A DNA stretch of 57,327 nucleotides, taken from contig CADBTU010000101.1 of NCBI GenBank assembly GCA_902797625.1, positions 1 to 57,327 of the forward strand, read 5' to 3'. The DNA is from an uncultured Bacteroidota bacterium. GTDB taxonomy: Bacteria > Bacteroidota > Bacteroidia > Bacteroidales > WCHB1-69. Both the position numbers and the translations under genes were made by a program. Every line of letters begins with the position of its first letter. Positions within the stretch are counted from its first letter, which is position 1. The notes beneath the pieces were generated by a model. That model was not told where the DNA came from and searched no databases. It saw only the letters and a list, made by a program, of their open reading frames with translations. Below are positions 30,153 to 40,046 of the stretch, piece by piece.

Positions 30153-32021
30153 TTAAAGTTTATTGCTTGTACGATAAGTATAATTATCACTTTCGTCAAC
30201 GATTGTATTGTTATTATTTTCCGTACTTATATCGGTATAAGTAGAGTCTTGAGATTCAACATCTTTAACATTGAGTTGTATAGTAACAATATTATTCCAT
30301 CTATTTTCTTCAACGTGATAGATAATATTGAATGGTTTAGAGTGGCTAACAAGGGACATTTTGTCTTTTTGGTTAAATGCAATGCAGTCGAATGCGTTGC
30401 TTCTTTCGTCAGGTTTATAAATTTTGAGTTTAAGGTGTTTATCACGAATAATTTGAGCATTGCCATCGTCCATAACACCATCAGTTTCAAAAACTGGTTC
30501 CATATTTCCAGGGCCGAATGGTGCGAATTTTTTGAGATTTTTGATAAATTGTGGAGTAATTTCAAAGAGGTTGAGTTGCATATCAACAGAGATTTCTGGC
30601 TCGTATGAAGATTCATCAAGATTTTCTTTAACATATTCTTCGAAGCGTTGCGAAAATTCTTCAAGATTTTCTTGTTTCATAGTAAGTCCTGCTGCATATT
30701 TATGTCCACCGAAGTGTTCAAGCAGATCGGCGCAAGAGTCAATACCGTCATAAATATTAAACTCTTTTACAGAGCGAGCGGAGCCAGTGATAAGTCCATC
30801 TTCAGAGCTCATCAAGACAATAGTAGGTTTATAGAATTCTTCAACGAGTCGAGAGGCCACAATACCAATTATGCCTTTTTCCCAGCGTGGGTTATATAAG
30901 ACAATGCTTTTCCGATTCTCAAATTCGTGAGAGTTTCGGATCATATCCATAGCTTCTTCTGTGGCGTTTTTATCTTTTTGTTTGCGTTCGTTATTCTGTT
31001 TATTTATGCGCGTGCTAATTTCCATAGATTTTCCTTCGTCTTCAACGAGGAAGAGTCTCACAGATTCTTTAGCACTTTTAATTCTTCCAGCTGCGTTAAT
31101 TCGTGGTCCGACGTAAAACACTAAATCAGATATTGAGATAACACGGGTAAAGATAGTATCTTCGCTAAAAGGAGGGTATTTACGAGTTTTAATGCCTGCT
31201 TGTTCTAAGACAGTTCTGATACCCATTCGAGGAATTTTATTAAGCATTTCTAAGCCGAAATACGATAGGATTCTATTTTCGCCAGTGATGGCCACGATGT
31301 CGCAGGCGATACTAATAGCCACGAGGTCCATACGTTTTAGCCATAGTTCATCTGCATCTGTTAGGTAGCGTTGGCAGTAGCCTTGCACTAATTTAAATCC
31401 GACACCGCATCCAGAGAGTTCTTTATATGGATATTCGCAATCTTTGCGTTTAGGGTCTAAAATAGCGTAAGCGTTAGGTAGTGTTTCGCCTTCTAAGTGA
31501 TGGTCAGTAATAATAACATCAATCCCATATTGGTTGGCAAGGTCAACCATATCGTTAGCTTTAATGCCGCAGTCTAAAGATATTAGCAAATTGATACCAT
31601 TTTCTTTGCAGAAGTTAATGCCAGCTTCGGTGATGCCATAGCCTTCAGTGTATCTATCTGGGATATAATATTTTATATAGTCGTGGGCATCTTTACCACC
31701 GCCACGAATTTCACATAGGAAAGAGTATAGTAGGGCCACTGCAGAAGTTCCATCAACGTCATAGTCGCCATAAACCATAATTTTCTCATCGTGGATAATG
31801 GCGTCAGAGAGTCTTTGCACAGCCTTATCCATATCTTTCATAAGGAATGGGTCGTGGAGGCATTCTATTCTAGGAACAAAAAAATCCTCAGCTTGTTCTA
31901 TAGTTTTTATACCTCTTTGCGCCAGCAGAGTTGCAAGCGGGCGTTCCAATTGCAGACCATTGCTAAGTTCAGCTATAGTCGCTTCATCAGGAATATTTTT
32001 TCTAACCCAGTGCTTTTTCAT
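30153..32021 (-). CDS. recJ: ssDNA-specific exonuclease RecJ
   Basis: YGDYDVDG, DCG, ITDHH, PRINAAGR, GSARS, FGGH..AAG, PFGPGN. ATG 32021 preferred over TTG 32030. Confidence 0.96.
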   Translation of the reverse strand: MKKHWVRKNIPDEATIAELSNGLQLERPLATLLAQRGIKTIEQAEDFFVPRIECLHDPFLMKDMDKAVQRLSDAIIHDEKIMVYGDYDVDGTSAVALLYSFLCEIRGGGKDAHDYIKYYIPDRYTEGYGITEAGINFCKENGINLLISLDCGIKANDMVDLANQYGIDVIITDHHLEGETLPNAYAILDPKRKDCEYPYKELSGCGVGFKLVQGYCQRYLTDADELWLKRMDLVAISIACDIVAITGENRILSYFGLEMLNKIPRMGIRTVLEQAGIKTRKYPPFSEDTIFTRVISISDLVFYVGPRINAAGRIKSAKESVRLFLVEDEGKSMEISTRINKQNNERKQKDKNATEEAMDMIRNSHEFENRKSIVLYNPRWEKGIIGIVASRLVEEFYKPTIVLMSSEDGLITGSARSVKEFNIYDGIDSCADLLEHFGGHKYAAGLTMKQENLEEFSQRFEEYVKENLDESSYEPEISVDMQLNLFEITPQFIKNLKKFAPFGPGNMEPVFETDGVMDDGNAQIIRDKHLKLKIYKPDERSNAFDCIAFNQKDKMSLVSHSKPFNIIYHVEENRWNNIVTIQLNVKDVESQDSTYTDISTENNNNTIVDESDNYTYRTSNKL

Positions 32022-32043
32022 TATGCGCAAAATAAGGACGCTG

Positions 32044-32051
32044 CAAATATA
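32044..32051 (-). promoter_or_regulatory. -7 promoter box (TATATTTG) for recJ
   Basis: Exact TAnnTTTG between the dnaA stop and the recJ start. Confidence 0.65.
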
Positions 32052-32067
32052 ATTATTTTTTTTGTTT

Positions 32068-33525
32068 TTAGATGTTTCCGATTTTCATTTTTTTGTCGAT
32101 GTCCGCGATATATTGTTTCATACTTTTATCGGTATCATTCAGGTTGCTGATAGTTCTACAAGCGTGAAGAACTGTAGCATGGTCTTTATTACCGCAGTAT
32201 GCACCTATAACAGAGAGCGGAAGTTGAGTATATTTTTTAGCAAAAAACATACTTATTTGGCGAATTTGGACTATTTCGCGTTTCCGAGTTTTAGCATTAA
32301 TTGCATCAACTGAGACACCAAAATAGTCGCATACAATTTTTTGGATATATTCAATAGAGATTTCTTTAGCAGTAGATTTTACATATTTATCAACCATTTC
32401 TCTGGCGAGGTCGAGGTTTATATCGCGATGATTTAGAGAAGCTTGTGCAAGAATAGCAATCATTGCACCCTCAAGTTCACGAGTATTAGCAGTAATTCTA
32501 AGAGCTAAGTAGTCGATAACTTCTTTAGAAAACTCAATTCCGTTATTTTCTAATTTTTTAGTAATGATAGCTGTACGAGTTTCAAGGTCAGGCACTTGCA
32601 AATCGGTGGCTAAGCCCCATTTAAAACGATTGAGGAGTCGCGGTTCAAACCCAGAAATATCAACAGGAGACTTATCGGAAGTCATAATAATTTGTTTTTT
32701 ATGTTGATGTAAATGGTTGAATATCAAGAAAAATGCTTCCTGTGTTTTGGTTTTAGAGCCAGAAATAAATTGAATATCATCAATAATTAGCATATCTACG
32801 GCTTGGTAAAACCAGAAGAAGTCGTTGAGGTTGTCGCTTTTAACGGCTTCAAGATATTGTTGATAGAAAGTGTCTGCACTGACGTAAAGAACAATTTTAT
32901 CGGGGAAATTGATTTTAGTTTGAATACCTATAGCGTTCACGAGGTGAGTTTTTCCTAATCCTACATCAGAATAGATGAACAGCGGGTTAAAGGCTGTTTG
33001 TCCAGGTGCTTTAGAGATAGCGATGCCAGCAGCACAAGCAAGTCTATTACAATCGCCAATTACGTAGTTGTCGAAGGTTAAAGTTTCAGATAGATTAGAG
33101 GCGATGCGTTGTTTTTTTATTCCAGGAACCACTTGAGGATTAGGAATATCTTTTCTTTCCATAGATATTACATCCATAGGTGGCATCATAAGAGGGTTTT
33201 TAACAGCTTTGCGAGAGGTTGATGGAATGAGCATAGAGGAAGATTTTTCTGGCGATTTACCACGTTCCATAAGAACTTTGTAGCGAAGTTTCGCACCATT
33301 GCCCAACAATTTACGTATCGATGTGCGTAGCAAGGATACATATTGTTCTTCCAATATTTCCTTATACCATAGGCTTGGGAGCTCTAAGGTAAGTTGTTTA
33401 TCATCTAATGATACAGCACTGATAGGTTGAAATATAGTTTCATAAACTTCAGGTGCTACATTATCTCGTATTATATCTAAACATTTGTTCCAAGTCTCAA
33501 TGTGCAAAGGTACTTCTTCTTTCAT
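32068..33525 (-). CDS. dnaA: Chromosomal replication initiator DnaA
   Basis: FNPLFIY..VGLGKTHL, IIDDIQF, RFKWGL, RELEGA, KDHATVLHA. Confidence 0.97.
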   Translation of the reverse strand: MKEEVPLHIETWNKCLDIIRDNVAPEVYETIFQPISAVSLDDKQLTLELPSLWYKEILEEQYVSLLRTSIRKLLGNGAKLRYKVLMERGKSPEKSSSMLIPSTSRKAVKNPLMMPPMDVISMERKDIPNPQVVPGIKKQRIASNLSETLTFDNYVIGDCNRLACAAGIAISKAPGQTAFNPLFIYSDVGLGKTHLVNAIGIQTKINFPDKIVLYVSADTFYQQYLEAVKSDNLNDFFWFYQAVDMLIIDDIQFISGSKTKTQEAFFLIFNHLHQHKKQIIMTSDKSPVDISGFEPRLLNRFKWGLATDLQVPDLETRTAIITKKLENNGIEFSKEVIDYLALRITANTRELEGAMIAILAQASLNHRDINLDLAREMVDKYVKSTAKEISIEYIQKIVCDYFGVSVDAINAKTRKREIVQIRQISMFFAKKYTQLPLSVIGAYCGNKDHATVLHACRTISNLNDTDKSMKQYIADIDKKMKIGNI

Positions 33526-33559
33526 GTTAAATCTCCAATCTGTAAGAAAAATATTAAAA

Positions 33560-33568
33560 TGTTGATAA
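33560..33568 (-). promoter_or_regulatory. DnaA-box-like site (TTATCAACA) in the dnaA leader
   Basis: One mismatch to TTATCCACA, between the dnaA -7 box and the ATG; consistent with autoregulation. Confidence 0.35.
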
Positions 33569-33610
33569 TTAAATTGTTGAATGAGTTTGACTCTTTGAGT
33601 TTTTAGACGG

Positions 33611-33618
33611 CAAAATTA
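33611..33618 (-). promoter_or_regulatory. -7 promoter box (TAATTTTG) for dnaA
   Basis: Exact TAnnTTTG followed by CCG. Confidence 0.6.
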
Positions 33619-33685
33619 ACATAAAAAAAGTTAAAAAAAAAAATATTTTGAACTTGATTTTTTGAAAAAAAAGTATATGGCTTTC

Positions 33686-34396
33686 TTATGATAATCTATC
33701 TTTAAATGTTTCAAATTTTCCTATATCTTCCCATAAATCAAGGTTATGAATGTAGGCACGAATATTTTTATTATGAGCTTTTTCTAAATAATAATTTGTG
33801 ATGGAGGATTTTTCTACAGAATTAATTTCTTTTGCTAAATCCCTATTTATAAGATGTATTCCGCTGAAAGCTAAGTATTTATAAGTAGTTGATTTTCTAA
33901 CTATCTTTTCTTCAGCATCTTGTTTGTTGCACCAACCGCACAATAAGTTATCATCGTTAAAAATAAAATAGCGCGAAGTTTCTCGATTTCTTACAGCAAG
34001 GGTTGCGTCATTTGCGTTATGAAAATGAAAATCAATAAGTTGTCTTAAGTTTATATTAGAGAGTATATCTACATTGTAGAGTAAAATCGCATCGTAATTG
34101 TCCCAAAAAGGAATAGCAAATTTCAGCCCACCAGCAGTTTCTCTCAAATAAGCTCTTTCATCTGAGATGAATATCTTGGCATCATAGTTGTTATTTCTAA
34201 TGTGTTTAATAATTAAATCAGAGAAGTGATGAACATTGACAATTATATTCTTTATACCATTCTCAACAAGTTTGTTTATAGCGTTGTCAATAAGTGTTTT
34301 ACCATCAATTTTTACTAATGCTTTAGGTTTGCTATTTGTATAAGGCTTTAGTCTTGTTCCAAATCCAGCTGCAAAAATAAATCCAATAACTTTCAT
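33686..34396 (-). CDS. Sugar-phosphate nucleotidyltransferase (MurU-like)
   Basis: IFAAGFGTRLKP.T..KPKAL, NVHHF, ETAGGL, NVDI, AFSGIH, W.DIG. Confidence 0.88.
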   Translation of the reverse strand: MKVIGFIFAAGFGTRLKPYTNSKPKALVKIDGKTLIDNAINKLVENGIKNIIVNVHHFSDLIIKHIRNNNYDAKIFISDERAYLRETAGGLKFAIPFWDNYDAILLYNVDILSNINLRQLIDFHFHNANDATLAVRNRETSRYFIFNDDNLLCGWCNKQDAEEKIVRKSTTYKYLAFSGIHLINRDLAKEINSVEKSSITNYYLEKAHNKNIRAYIHNLDLWEDIGKFETFKDRLS

Positions 34397-34409
34397 CAAT
34401 TTTTTTTTG

Positions 34410-34417
34410 CAAATTTA
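34410..34417 (-). promoter_or_regulatory. -7 promoter box (TAAATTTG) for the nucleotidyltransferase
   Basis: Exact TAnnTTTG 13 nt upstream of ATG 34396. Confidence 0.6.
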
Positions 34418-34430
34418 TTTTTTTTTCGGA

Positions 34431-34468
34431 ATAATTGACATTGATTTTCAAAAATCAATGTCAATTAT
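34431..34468. repeat. Perfect 18-bp inverted repeat with a 2-nt spacer
   Basis: ATAATTGACATTGATTTT-CA-AAAATCAATGTCAATTAT. Confidence 0.95.
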
Positions 34469-34579
34469 ATTGTAGCTATGTTTAGTGCAAGAATTTTTGT
34501 AAGTTTTTAGTTTGAAAAAGTAACAAAATGTTGTTAATTAACTATCAAAAATATTGTATTTAATTGTACATTTTATGTT

Positions 34580-34587
34580 TATTTTTG
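34580..34587 (+). promoter_or_regulatory. -7 promoter box (TATTTTTG) for the small lipoprotein
   Basis: Exact TAnnTTTG 27 nt upstream of ATG 34615. Confidence 0.6.
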
Positions 34588-34614
34588 CGCCAAATTCTGA
34601 TATTAAGTTTTTTT

Positions 34615-35022
34615 ATGAAAAAGAAGATTCTTTTAGGTATATTGTCTGTGGTGTTTTTATTAACAGCCTGCAAGGAAGATAAGATGATAGTAACTATTTA
34701 TACCACAGGTTGTATTGGTTACAGTACGAGTGCTGAGTCTCATACGCAGTGGCATGAGATTGATTTATATATGGGTGAGCATATAGACTCCTATAATAAA
34801 GAGATAAATTTTGAAAGTCCGACAGTAGCGGAGAACGATACTAAAGCTATAAAATTTATAGAAGATCAGATGAAAAAGATTGATGAAGGGAAGGTTTGTT
34901 CTTATATAGATACGCCTGATCAGTATATATATGGGATAAAAAAGCGTAAAGCTGATGGTTCATATAAGGTAGTAAAGGCATACAGGTTTGAGAGTGGAGG
35001 AGTTTCAGAATATATAGACTAA
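34615..35022 (+). CDS. Small hypothetical lipoprotein
   Basis: MKKKILLGILSVVFLLTAC lipobox followed by KED; start moved from TTG 34564. Confidence 0.8.
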   Translation: MKKKILLGILSVVFLLTACKEDKMIVTIYTTGCIGYSTSAESHTQWHEIDLYMGEHIDSYNKEINFESPTVAENDTKAIKFIEDQMKKIDEGKVCSYIDTPDQYIYGIKKRKADGSYKVVKAYRFESGGVSEYID

Positions 35023-35026
35023 AGAT

Positions 35027-35677
35027 TCATTTTCTGACTCTATCGTGTAGCATAGGTACAAATAGGAAGTCGCCATAGTCGTCTATCGAGTATTCGGATT
35101 CGCTTATTTTAACAATCTTTTTCATTTTTTGAGATTCAACACCAACGGGAATTACCATAATACCACCTATTTTCAATTGTTCTAATAGTTTTTCTGGGAT
35201 ATTAGGAGCGCCGCAGGTTACTAAAACTCTGTCGTATGGTGCAAATTTTGGATAGCCTTGAAAGCCATCGCCATAGTAAGTGATAATATTTGGAGCTATA
35301 GAGGATAAGAGTTTAGAAGTTTTACGAAACAGAGTTATTTGTCGTTCTACAGAAAAAACGCGAGCACCCATAGCATTTAATATAGCGGCTTGAAATCCAG
35401 AGCCAGTGCCGATTTCTAAAATTTTATGACCTTTTGCAACTTCTAACAGTTGGGTTTGGTAGGCCACTGTTGATGGTTTAGATATAGTTTGTTCAGTAAC
35501 TATTGTTAGGGCGGTATCTTCGTAAGCACTCGGCCAGAGTACACTCTCCATAAAGAGATGTCGGTCAACTTTTTCGAAAGCAGTTAAAACACTTTCGTTA
35601 GTTATTCCTTTTTGGCGGAGCATCTCGATCATTCTTCTTTTTTTTCCGAGAAGTAGGAAATTAACATTACCGTCCAT
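35027..35677 (-). CDS. pcm: Protein-L-isoaspartate O-methyltransferase
   Basis: RHLF, AYED, QTISKP, LEIGTGSGFQAA, GDG..G....APYD, FVPM. Confidence 0.95.
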   Translation of the reverse strand: MDGNVNFLLLGKKRRMIEMLRQKGITNESVLTAFEKVDRHLFMESVLWPSAYEDTALTIVTEQTISKPSTVAYQTQLLEVAKGHKILEIGTGSGFQAAILNAMGARVFSVERQITLFRKTSKLLSSIAPNIITYYGDGFQGYPKFAPYDRVLVTCGAPNIPEKLLEQLKIGGIMVIPVGVESQKMKKIVKISESEYSIDDYGDFLFVPMLHDRVRK

Positions 35678-35698
35678 AATTATTATATGATATGAGTA

Positions 35699-37111
35699 TT
35701 AAAAACCGAAAGAGTTTCCGTCGAAACAATGAGTGCAAATGCGTTCTTTTGAGAGTCCAATTGCAGCGGCAATTACGTCTAAAGTATTGAATTTAAGAGA
35801 GTGAACGCCAAGATGTTTACGAATAATTTCAACCATTTGGGCATATTGTTTAGTGGAGTTATCGAGGTATAGATGTAAATTTTTTTCATTATTGCCTTCA
35901 AGTTCATTTATCACGCGGCGTGTTATAAGTTCCATTTCAGTTTTTGAGGCTGAGAAATTCAAAAAATGGCAACCATAGAGTAGAGGTGGGCAACTAATTC
36001 TGATGTGAACTTCTTTAGCACCGTATTCGTACATTTTTTTTACGTTGTCGCGAAGTTGAGTTCCTCGAACAATAGAGTCGTCGCAGAATACTACGCTTTT
36101 TCCTTGCAGGAGAGCTTTATTAGGTAGGAGTTTCATTTTAGCGACGTGTTCGCGCATATTTTGGTTTGCTGGCATAAAGCTTCTTGACCAAGTAGGAGTA
36201 TATTTTACAATACCTCTTTGGTAAGGAATTCCTTTACCTGTTGCGTAGCCTAAAGCCATTCCGATTCCTGAATCTGGAATAGCTGATACAAAATCAGCCT
36301 CAACATCATCGGTCTTACCCATTTCAAAACCGCATCTATAGCGGGTTTCTTCAACATTGATACCTTCATAGTTAACGGATGGATAGCCGTAGTAAATCCA
36401 CAAAAACGAGCAGGCTTGCATTTTTTCATTAGGCTGGCAGAGTTGTGTGATATTATTGGGCGTAATTTCAAGAATTTCACCTGGTCCGACAAATTTTTCT
36501 GTCTGATAGTCCAAATTTGCAAAACTATGACTTTCAGATACCGCAACGAAACCATCGTTATTTTTCCCAATAACAATAGGAGTTCTTCCGAGAAAATCGC
36601 GGGCAACGATAAGACTATGGTCAGTGAGAATTAAGATTGAGCAAGAACCTTTTATTTTAGCAAAGACATCTTTTATACCATCTGCAAAAGTTTTACCTCG
36701 CGTAATAATGAGGGCAATAAGTTCTGTTTGGTTAGTAGTTCCTGAGCTGAGTTCTGTGAATTGCTGATTATTATCGAGGCACTCCTTTTCTAACTCTTTG
36801 ATGTTGTTTATTTTAGCAACTGTAGATATTGCAAATCTACCAAGATGAGAGTTTACAACAATAGGTTGTGCATCAGTATCGCTAATTACTCCAATGCCAG
36901 AGTTACCTTCAAATTTACCTAAGTCATCTCCAAATTTTGTTCTAAAATAAGAATTCTCAATATTGTGAATTGACCTGCGAAACATATCTTTTTCTTGGTT
37001 GAAAGTTACCAAACCAGCTCTTTTTGTGCCAAGGTGAGAATGATAATCAACACCATAAAACAAGTCTGAAATGCAAGGTTTCTTTGAAATAATACCGAAA
37101 AATCCGCCCAT
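35699..37111 (-). CDS. purF: Amidophosphoribosyltransferase, Fe-S type, lacking the N-terminal Cys
   Basis: IPDSG, KYTPTWSRSF, DDSIVRGTQ PRPP loop; four Fe-S cysteines (ACSF, YGCH, CTHC). Confidence 0.92.
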   Translation of the reverse strand: MGGFFGIISKKPCISDLFYGVDYHSHLGTKRAGLVTFNQEKDMFRRSIHNIENSYFRTKFGDDLGKFEGNSGIGVISDTDAQPIVVNSHLGRFAISTVAKINNIKELEKECLDNNQQFTELSSGTTNQTELIALIITRGKTFADGIKDVFAKIKGSCSILILTDHSLIVARDFLGRTPIVIGKNNDGFVAVSESHSFANLDYQTEKFVGPGEILEITPNNITQLCQPNEKMQACSFLWIYYGYPSVNYEGINVEETRYRCGFEMGKTDDVEADFVSAIPDSGIGMALGYATGKGIPYQRGIVKYTPTWSRSFMPANQNMREHVAKMKLLPNKALLQGKSVVFCDDSIVRGTQLRDNVKKMYEYGAKEVHIRISCPPLLYGCHFLNFSASKTEMELITRRVINELEGNNEKNLHLYLDNSTKQYAQMVEIIRKHLGVHSLKFNTLDVIAAAIGLSKERICTHCFDGNSFGF

Positions 37112-37248
37112 AAAATTTATATTTTTTTGATTTATAGATATTTAAGATAATAGTCTTAAAAATGGAAAGCAACTGCAATTGTAATCTTTTCAGCTCTTTT
37201 TTTCAATATATCATAGATGTTTTTTATTAACCAATGTTAATAAAATGA

Positions 37249-38355
37249 TTAAGATAGTTTTACAATTTCAGAATAGATTAAATCTATAGCATCGGGTTTG
37301 GCGAATTTTTTTATATTTTCAGATAGGATAGACATCAGACTATTGTTATTAGCAAGTTTCAAAAGTTCAGGAATAAGTTTTTCTGGTGCATCTTTATCGT
37401 TTATTAGTAGGGCAGCGTCTTTAGAAGACAGAGCCTTGGCGTTGAAAGTTTGGTGATCTTCAGCTGCGAAAGGGAAAGGAACCAAGATAGTGGGTAAACC
37501 TACAATAGCCAATTCAGACAGGGCAATAGCACCAGCGCGAGAGATTATAATATCAGCAATTCCGTAGGCGTCGTTCATATTTTTGATAAAGGGAACAATT
37601 TTTATATTATCGTCTTGTTCATTGAGAAGTTTTTGGTCAATATTAGAATAGAATTGTTCGCCAGTTTGCCATAATAATTGAAGGTCAGCATCTCTAAATA
37701 CTTGTAGATTAGCGGCCAAAGTGTTATTAAGAGTACGAGCGCCTAAACTACCACCAATAACTAAAACTGTTTTCTTTTCAGGAGATAAGCCGAAGAACTT
37801 GTAAGAGTTTTCAGATTTTCGTTGCAGTTGTAGAATTTCAGAGCGAATAGGATTACCAGTTTTAACTATTTTTTCTTTAGGGAAATATTTTTCCAAGCCA
37901 TCGTAGGCAACGCAAATAACATCAGCATCTTTACAGAGCATTTTATTAGTTACTCCAGGGTAGGAGTTTTGTTCTTGCAGCATAGTAGGAATTTTCAGTT
38001 GAGTGGCGGCTGTCAGGGCAGGACCGCTAACAAAACCGCCCACACCAATTACGAGGTCAGGGTTAAAATTCCGAATGATATTTTTAGCTTTGCGCATAGC
38101 CTTTAGCATAACAAAGGGAAGTCGAAGGTTGCATAGCATACCATTTAATGAAAATTCTCTACTAATGCCGTAAATTTCAAGTCCTTCGATTTTAAATCCT
38201 GCGTCTGGAATACGTTTCATTTCCATCTTGTTTTCAGCACCGATGAATAGTATTTCAGCTTCAGGATTCTCTTTTTTTATTTTGTTAGCGATGGCAAGTG
38301 CTGGAAAAATATGTCCTCCAGTGCCACCGCCGCTGATTATGTACTTTTTTTTCAT
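37249..38355 (-). CDS. murG: Lipid I GlcNAc transferase MurG
   Basis: GGGTGGHIFPA, EQNS.PG.TN, TGNPIR, GGSLGA, SRAGA, DHQ..NA. Confidence 0.97.
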   Translation of the reverse strand: MKKKYIISGGGTGGHIFPALAIANKIKKENPEAEILFIGAENKMEMKRIPDAGFKIEGLEIYGISREFSLNGMLCNLRLPFVMLKAMRKAKNIIRNFNPDLVIGVGGFVSGPALTAATQLKIPTMLQEQNSYPGVTNKMLCKDADVICVAYDGLEKYFPKEKIVKTGNPIRSEILQLQRKSENSYKFFGLSPEKKTVLVIGGSLGARTLNNTLAANLQVFRDADLQLLWQTGEQFYSNIDQKLLNEQDDNIKIVPFIKNMNDAYGIADIIISRAGAIALSELAIVGLPTILVPFPFAAEDHQTFNAKALSSKDAALLINDKDAPEKLIPELLKLANNNSLMSILSENIKKFAKPDAIDLIYSEIVKLS

Positions 38356-38392
38356 TGTTTATTAGTTTTTTTTGAAAAAAATTTTAGAGAAT

Positions 38393-40027
38393 TTATTCAA
38401 AGTTCATTATAGTTCTATTAGAGGGGTTATAGCCCAATTTTTTCACAAGATTTCTTTCAAATTCAACTTTATTAGTAAATTTATTAATGTTTTTATTCTC
38501 TTTTTGCGACCAAACGCATTCAGATAAGGCGAAAAGACGTGGAAGTAACATATATTCTGCTTGTTCTGGGGTATTTATAAATTCTGTCCAGAGGTTACAT
38601 TGTGCACCGAGTATATGTTTTTGTTGAGAGTCGCAGAGGCTATCAGGCATAGGTTCAAAGGAGTAAGCTTTTCCAAGAGAAACGTAGCCCTCCATACATA
38701 GAGGTTCATCAGCATCTTTGCATTGATAATAGTTGTAATAACAATGCGTTGTAGGGCACATAATCACATCATTGCCATGTCTCGCGGCGGTGCGAGCTGC
38801 TTTTGGGCCTTGCCAGCACATCATAGTGGAAGTGTTAACCATATCTTCTGAAACTATGTCATCCCAGATGATAGCTTTTTTGTTAAGAGTGCTGAGGTGT
38901 TTTTCAATTTGGTTCATTAACCATTGTTGAAGTTCAAATTCATCAGCGAGTTTTTTGTCTTCAATACGTTTTTGACATTTAGGACAAACCTGCCAATTGT
39001 CGTTAAAAGCTTCATCTCCTCCGATATGTATATATTCATAGGGAAACAATTCAGCAACTTCATCAAGTACATCTTTATAGAATGTTAAGATGTCGTCGTT
39101 ACCTGCGCACATAATGGCTTTAGGAGGCCAATAAGGACCAACAGCTACTGTATAGGGGTAGTTATCGCACGCAAATTGAGGATATGCTGCAAGGATAGCG
39201 CTACAGTGTCCAGGAATTTCGATTTCAGGAATAATATCAATATTGCGAGCAGCAGCATATTTGATAATATCGCGAACTTGATCTTTTGTGTAAAATCCAC
39301 CATAAGTCATCGGTTCGTCGGACAAAACAGGATGAAGGGTGTCCCAAGAAGTTCGTTCTGGGCGCCATGCACCAATAGATGTAAGACGAGGATATTTGTC
39401 TATTTGGATGCGCCACCCATGATCATCTGTTAGATGCCAATGAAATTTGTTAAGTTTGTAGAAAGCTAAGATATCTATATATTTTTTAACAAAAGCGGTA
39501 TCAAAAAAGTGTCGAGATACATCTAAGTGAGCACCGCGATATGAAAATCTGGGATAATCGGTGATATTAGCACAAGGAATTCGATAAGTGTTAGCACCAG
39601 CAATTTTATCTTCTCCAGCCATCTGCAAAAGTGTTTGAAAACCATATAAACAACCGATTCCTGTGTTCGCTTCTATGATAATTCGTTTTGATTTTACAGT
39701 GATAGTATAGCCCTCATCGCCCAATTCTTTAGATTTTTTCTCTTTAATAGTTAGTAAGATAGAGTTTTTACCCGCACTTTCTTCATCGCCTAAATTAGGA
39801 CGCAAGTTAAAATAGTGTTCATAAGAATCTCTGATAAGTTTTGTTAATTCTGGATTTTCATCATTAATGTTGCCGAAGCATAACAAGGTATTCTCGTCAA
39901 TTTTAAAATATCCACATTTTTGCTCAATTTTTACTGGTTCTGGAACAATTACAATAGGAAGTGTTTTTTGACATCCGCAAAATAAAAGAGCAGTAGCTAA
40001 CAAAATAATTGTAAAAAATTTATTCAT
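38393..40027 (-). CDS. GH20 beta-N-acetylhexosaminidase (lipoprotein)
   Basis: DYPRFSYRG.HLDVSRHF, HWHLTDD, PEIEIPGH, HIGGDE; lipobox LLFCGC. Confidence 0.93.
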   Translation of the reverse strand: MNKFFTIILLATALLFCGCQKTLPIVIVPEPVKIEQKCGYFKIDENTLLCFGNINDENPELTKLIRDSYEHYFNLRPNLGDEESAGKNSILLTIKEKKSKELGDEGYTITVKSKRIIIEANTGIGCLYGFQTLLQMAGEDKIAGANTYRIPCANITDYPRFSYRGAHLDVSRHFFDTAFVKKYIDILAFYKLNKFHWHLTDDHGWRIQIDKYPRLTSIGAWRPERTSWDTLHPVLSDEPMTYGGFYTKDQVRDIIKYAAARNIDIIPEIEIPGHCSAILAAYPQFACDNYPYTVAVGPYWPPKAIMCAGNDDILTFYKDVLDEVAELFPYEYIHIGGDEAFNDNWQVCPKCQKRIEDKKLADEFELQQWLMNQIEKHLSTLNKKAIIWDDIVSEDMVNTSTMMCWQGPKAARTAARHGNDVIMCPTTHCYYNYYQCKDADEPLCMEGYVSLGKAYSFEPMPDSLCDSQQKHILGAQCNLWTEFINTPEQAEYMLLPRLFALSECVWSQKENKNINKFTNKVEFERNLVKKLGYNPSNRTIMNFE

Positions 40028-40046
40028 AATATTATTATTTTATTAT

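Noticed and set aside
33633-33643. A11 tract in the dnaA promoter as a phase-variation switch
   Set aside because: A/T runs of 8-11 nt are common in the intergenic DNA of this AT-rich window.
33526-33685. oriC adjacent to dnaA
   Set aside because: Only one near-consensus box in 160 bp, and the downstream gap is under 50 bp; not enough for an origin call.
37112-37248. Purine/ZTP/PRPP riboswitch upstream of purF
   Set aside because: AT-rich, with no recognisable conserved aptamer motifs or stable stems.
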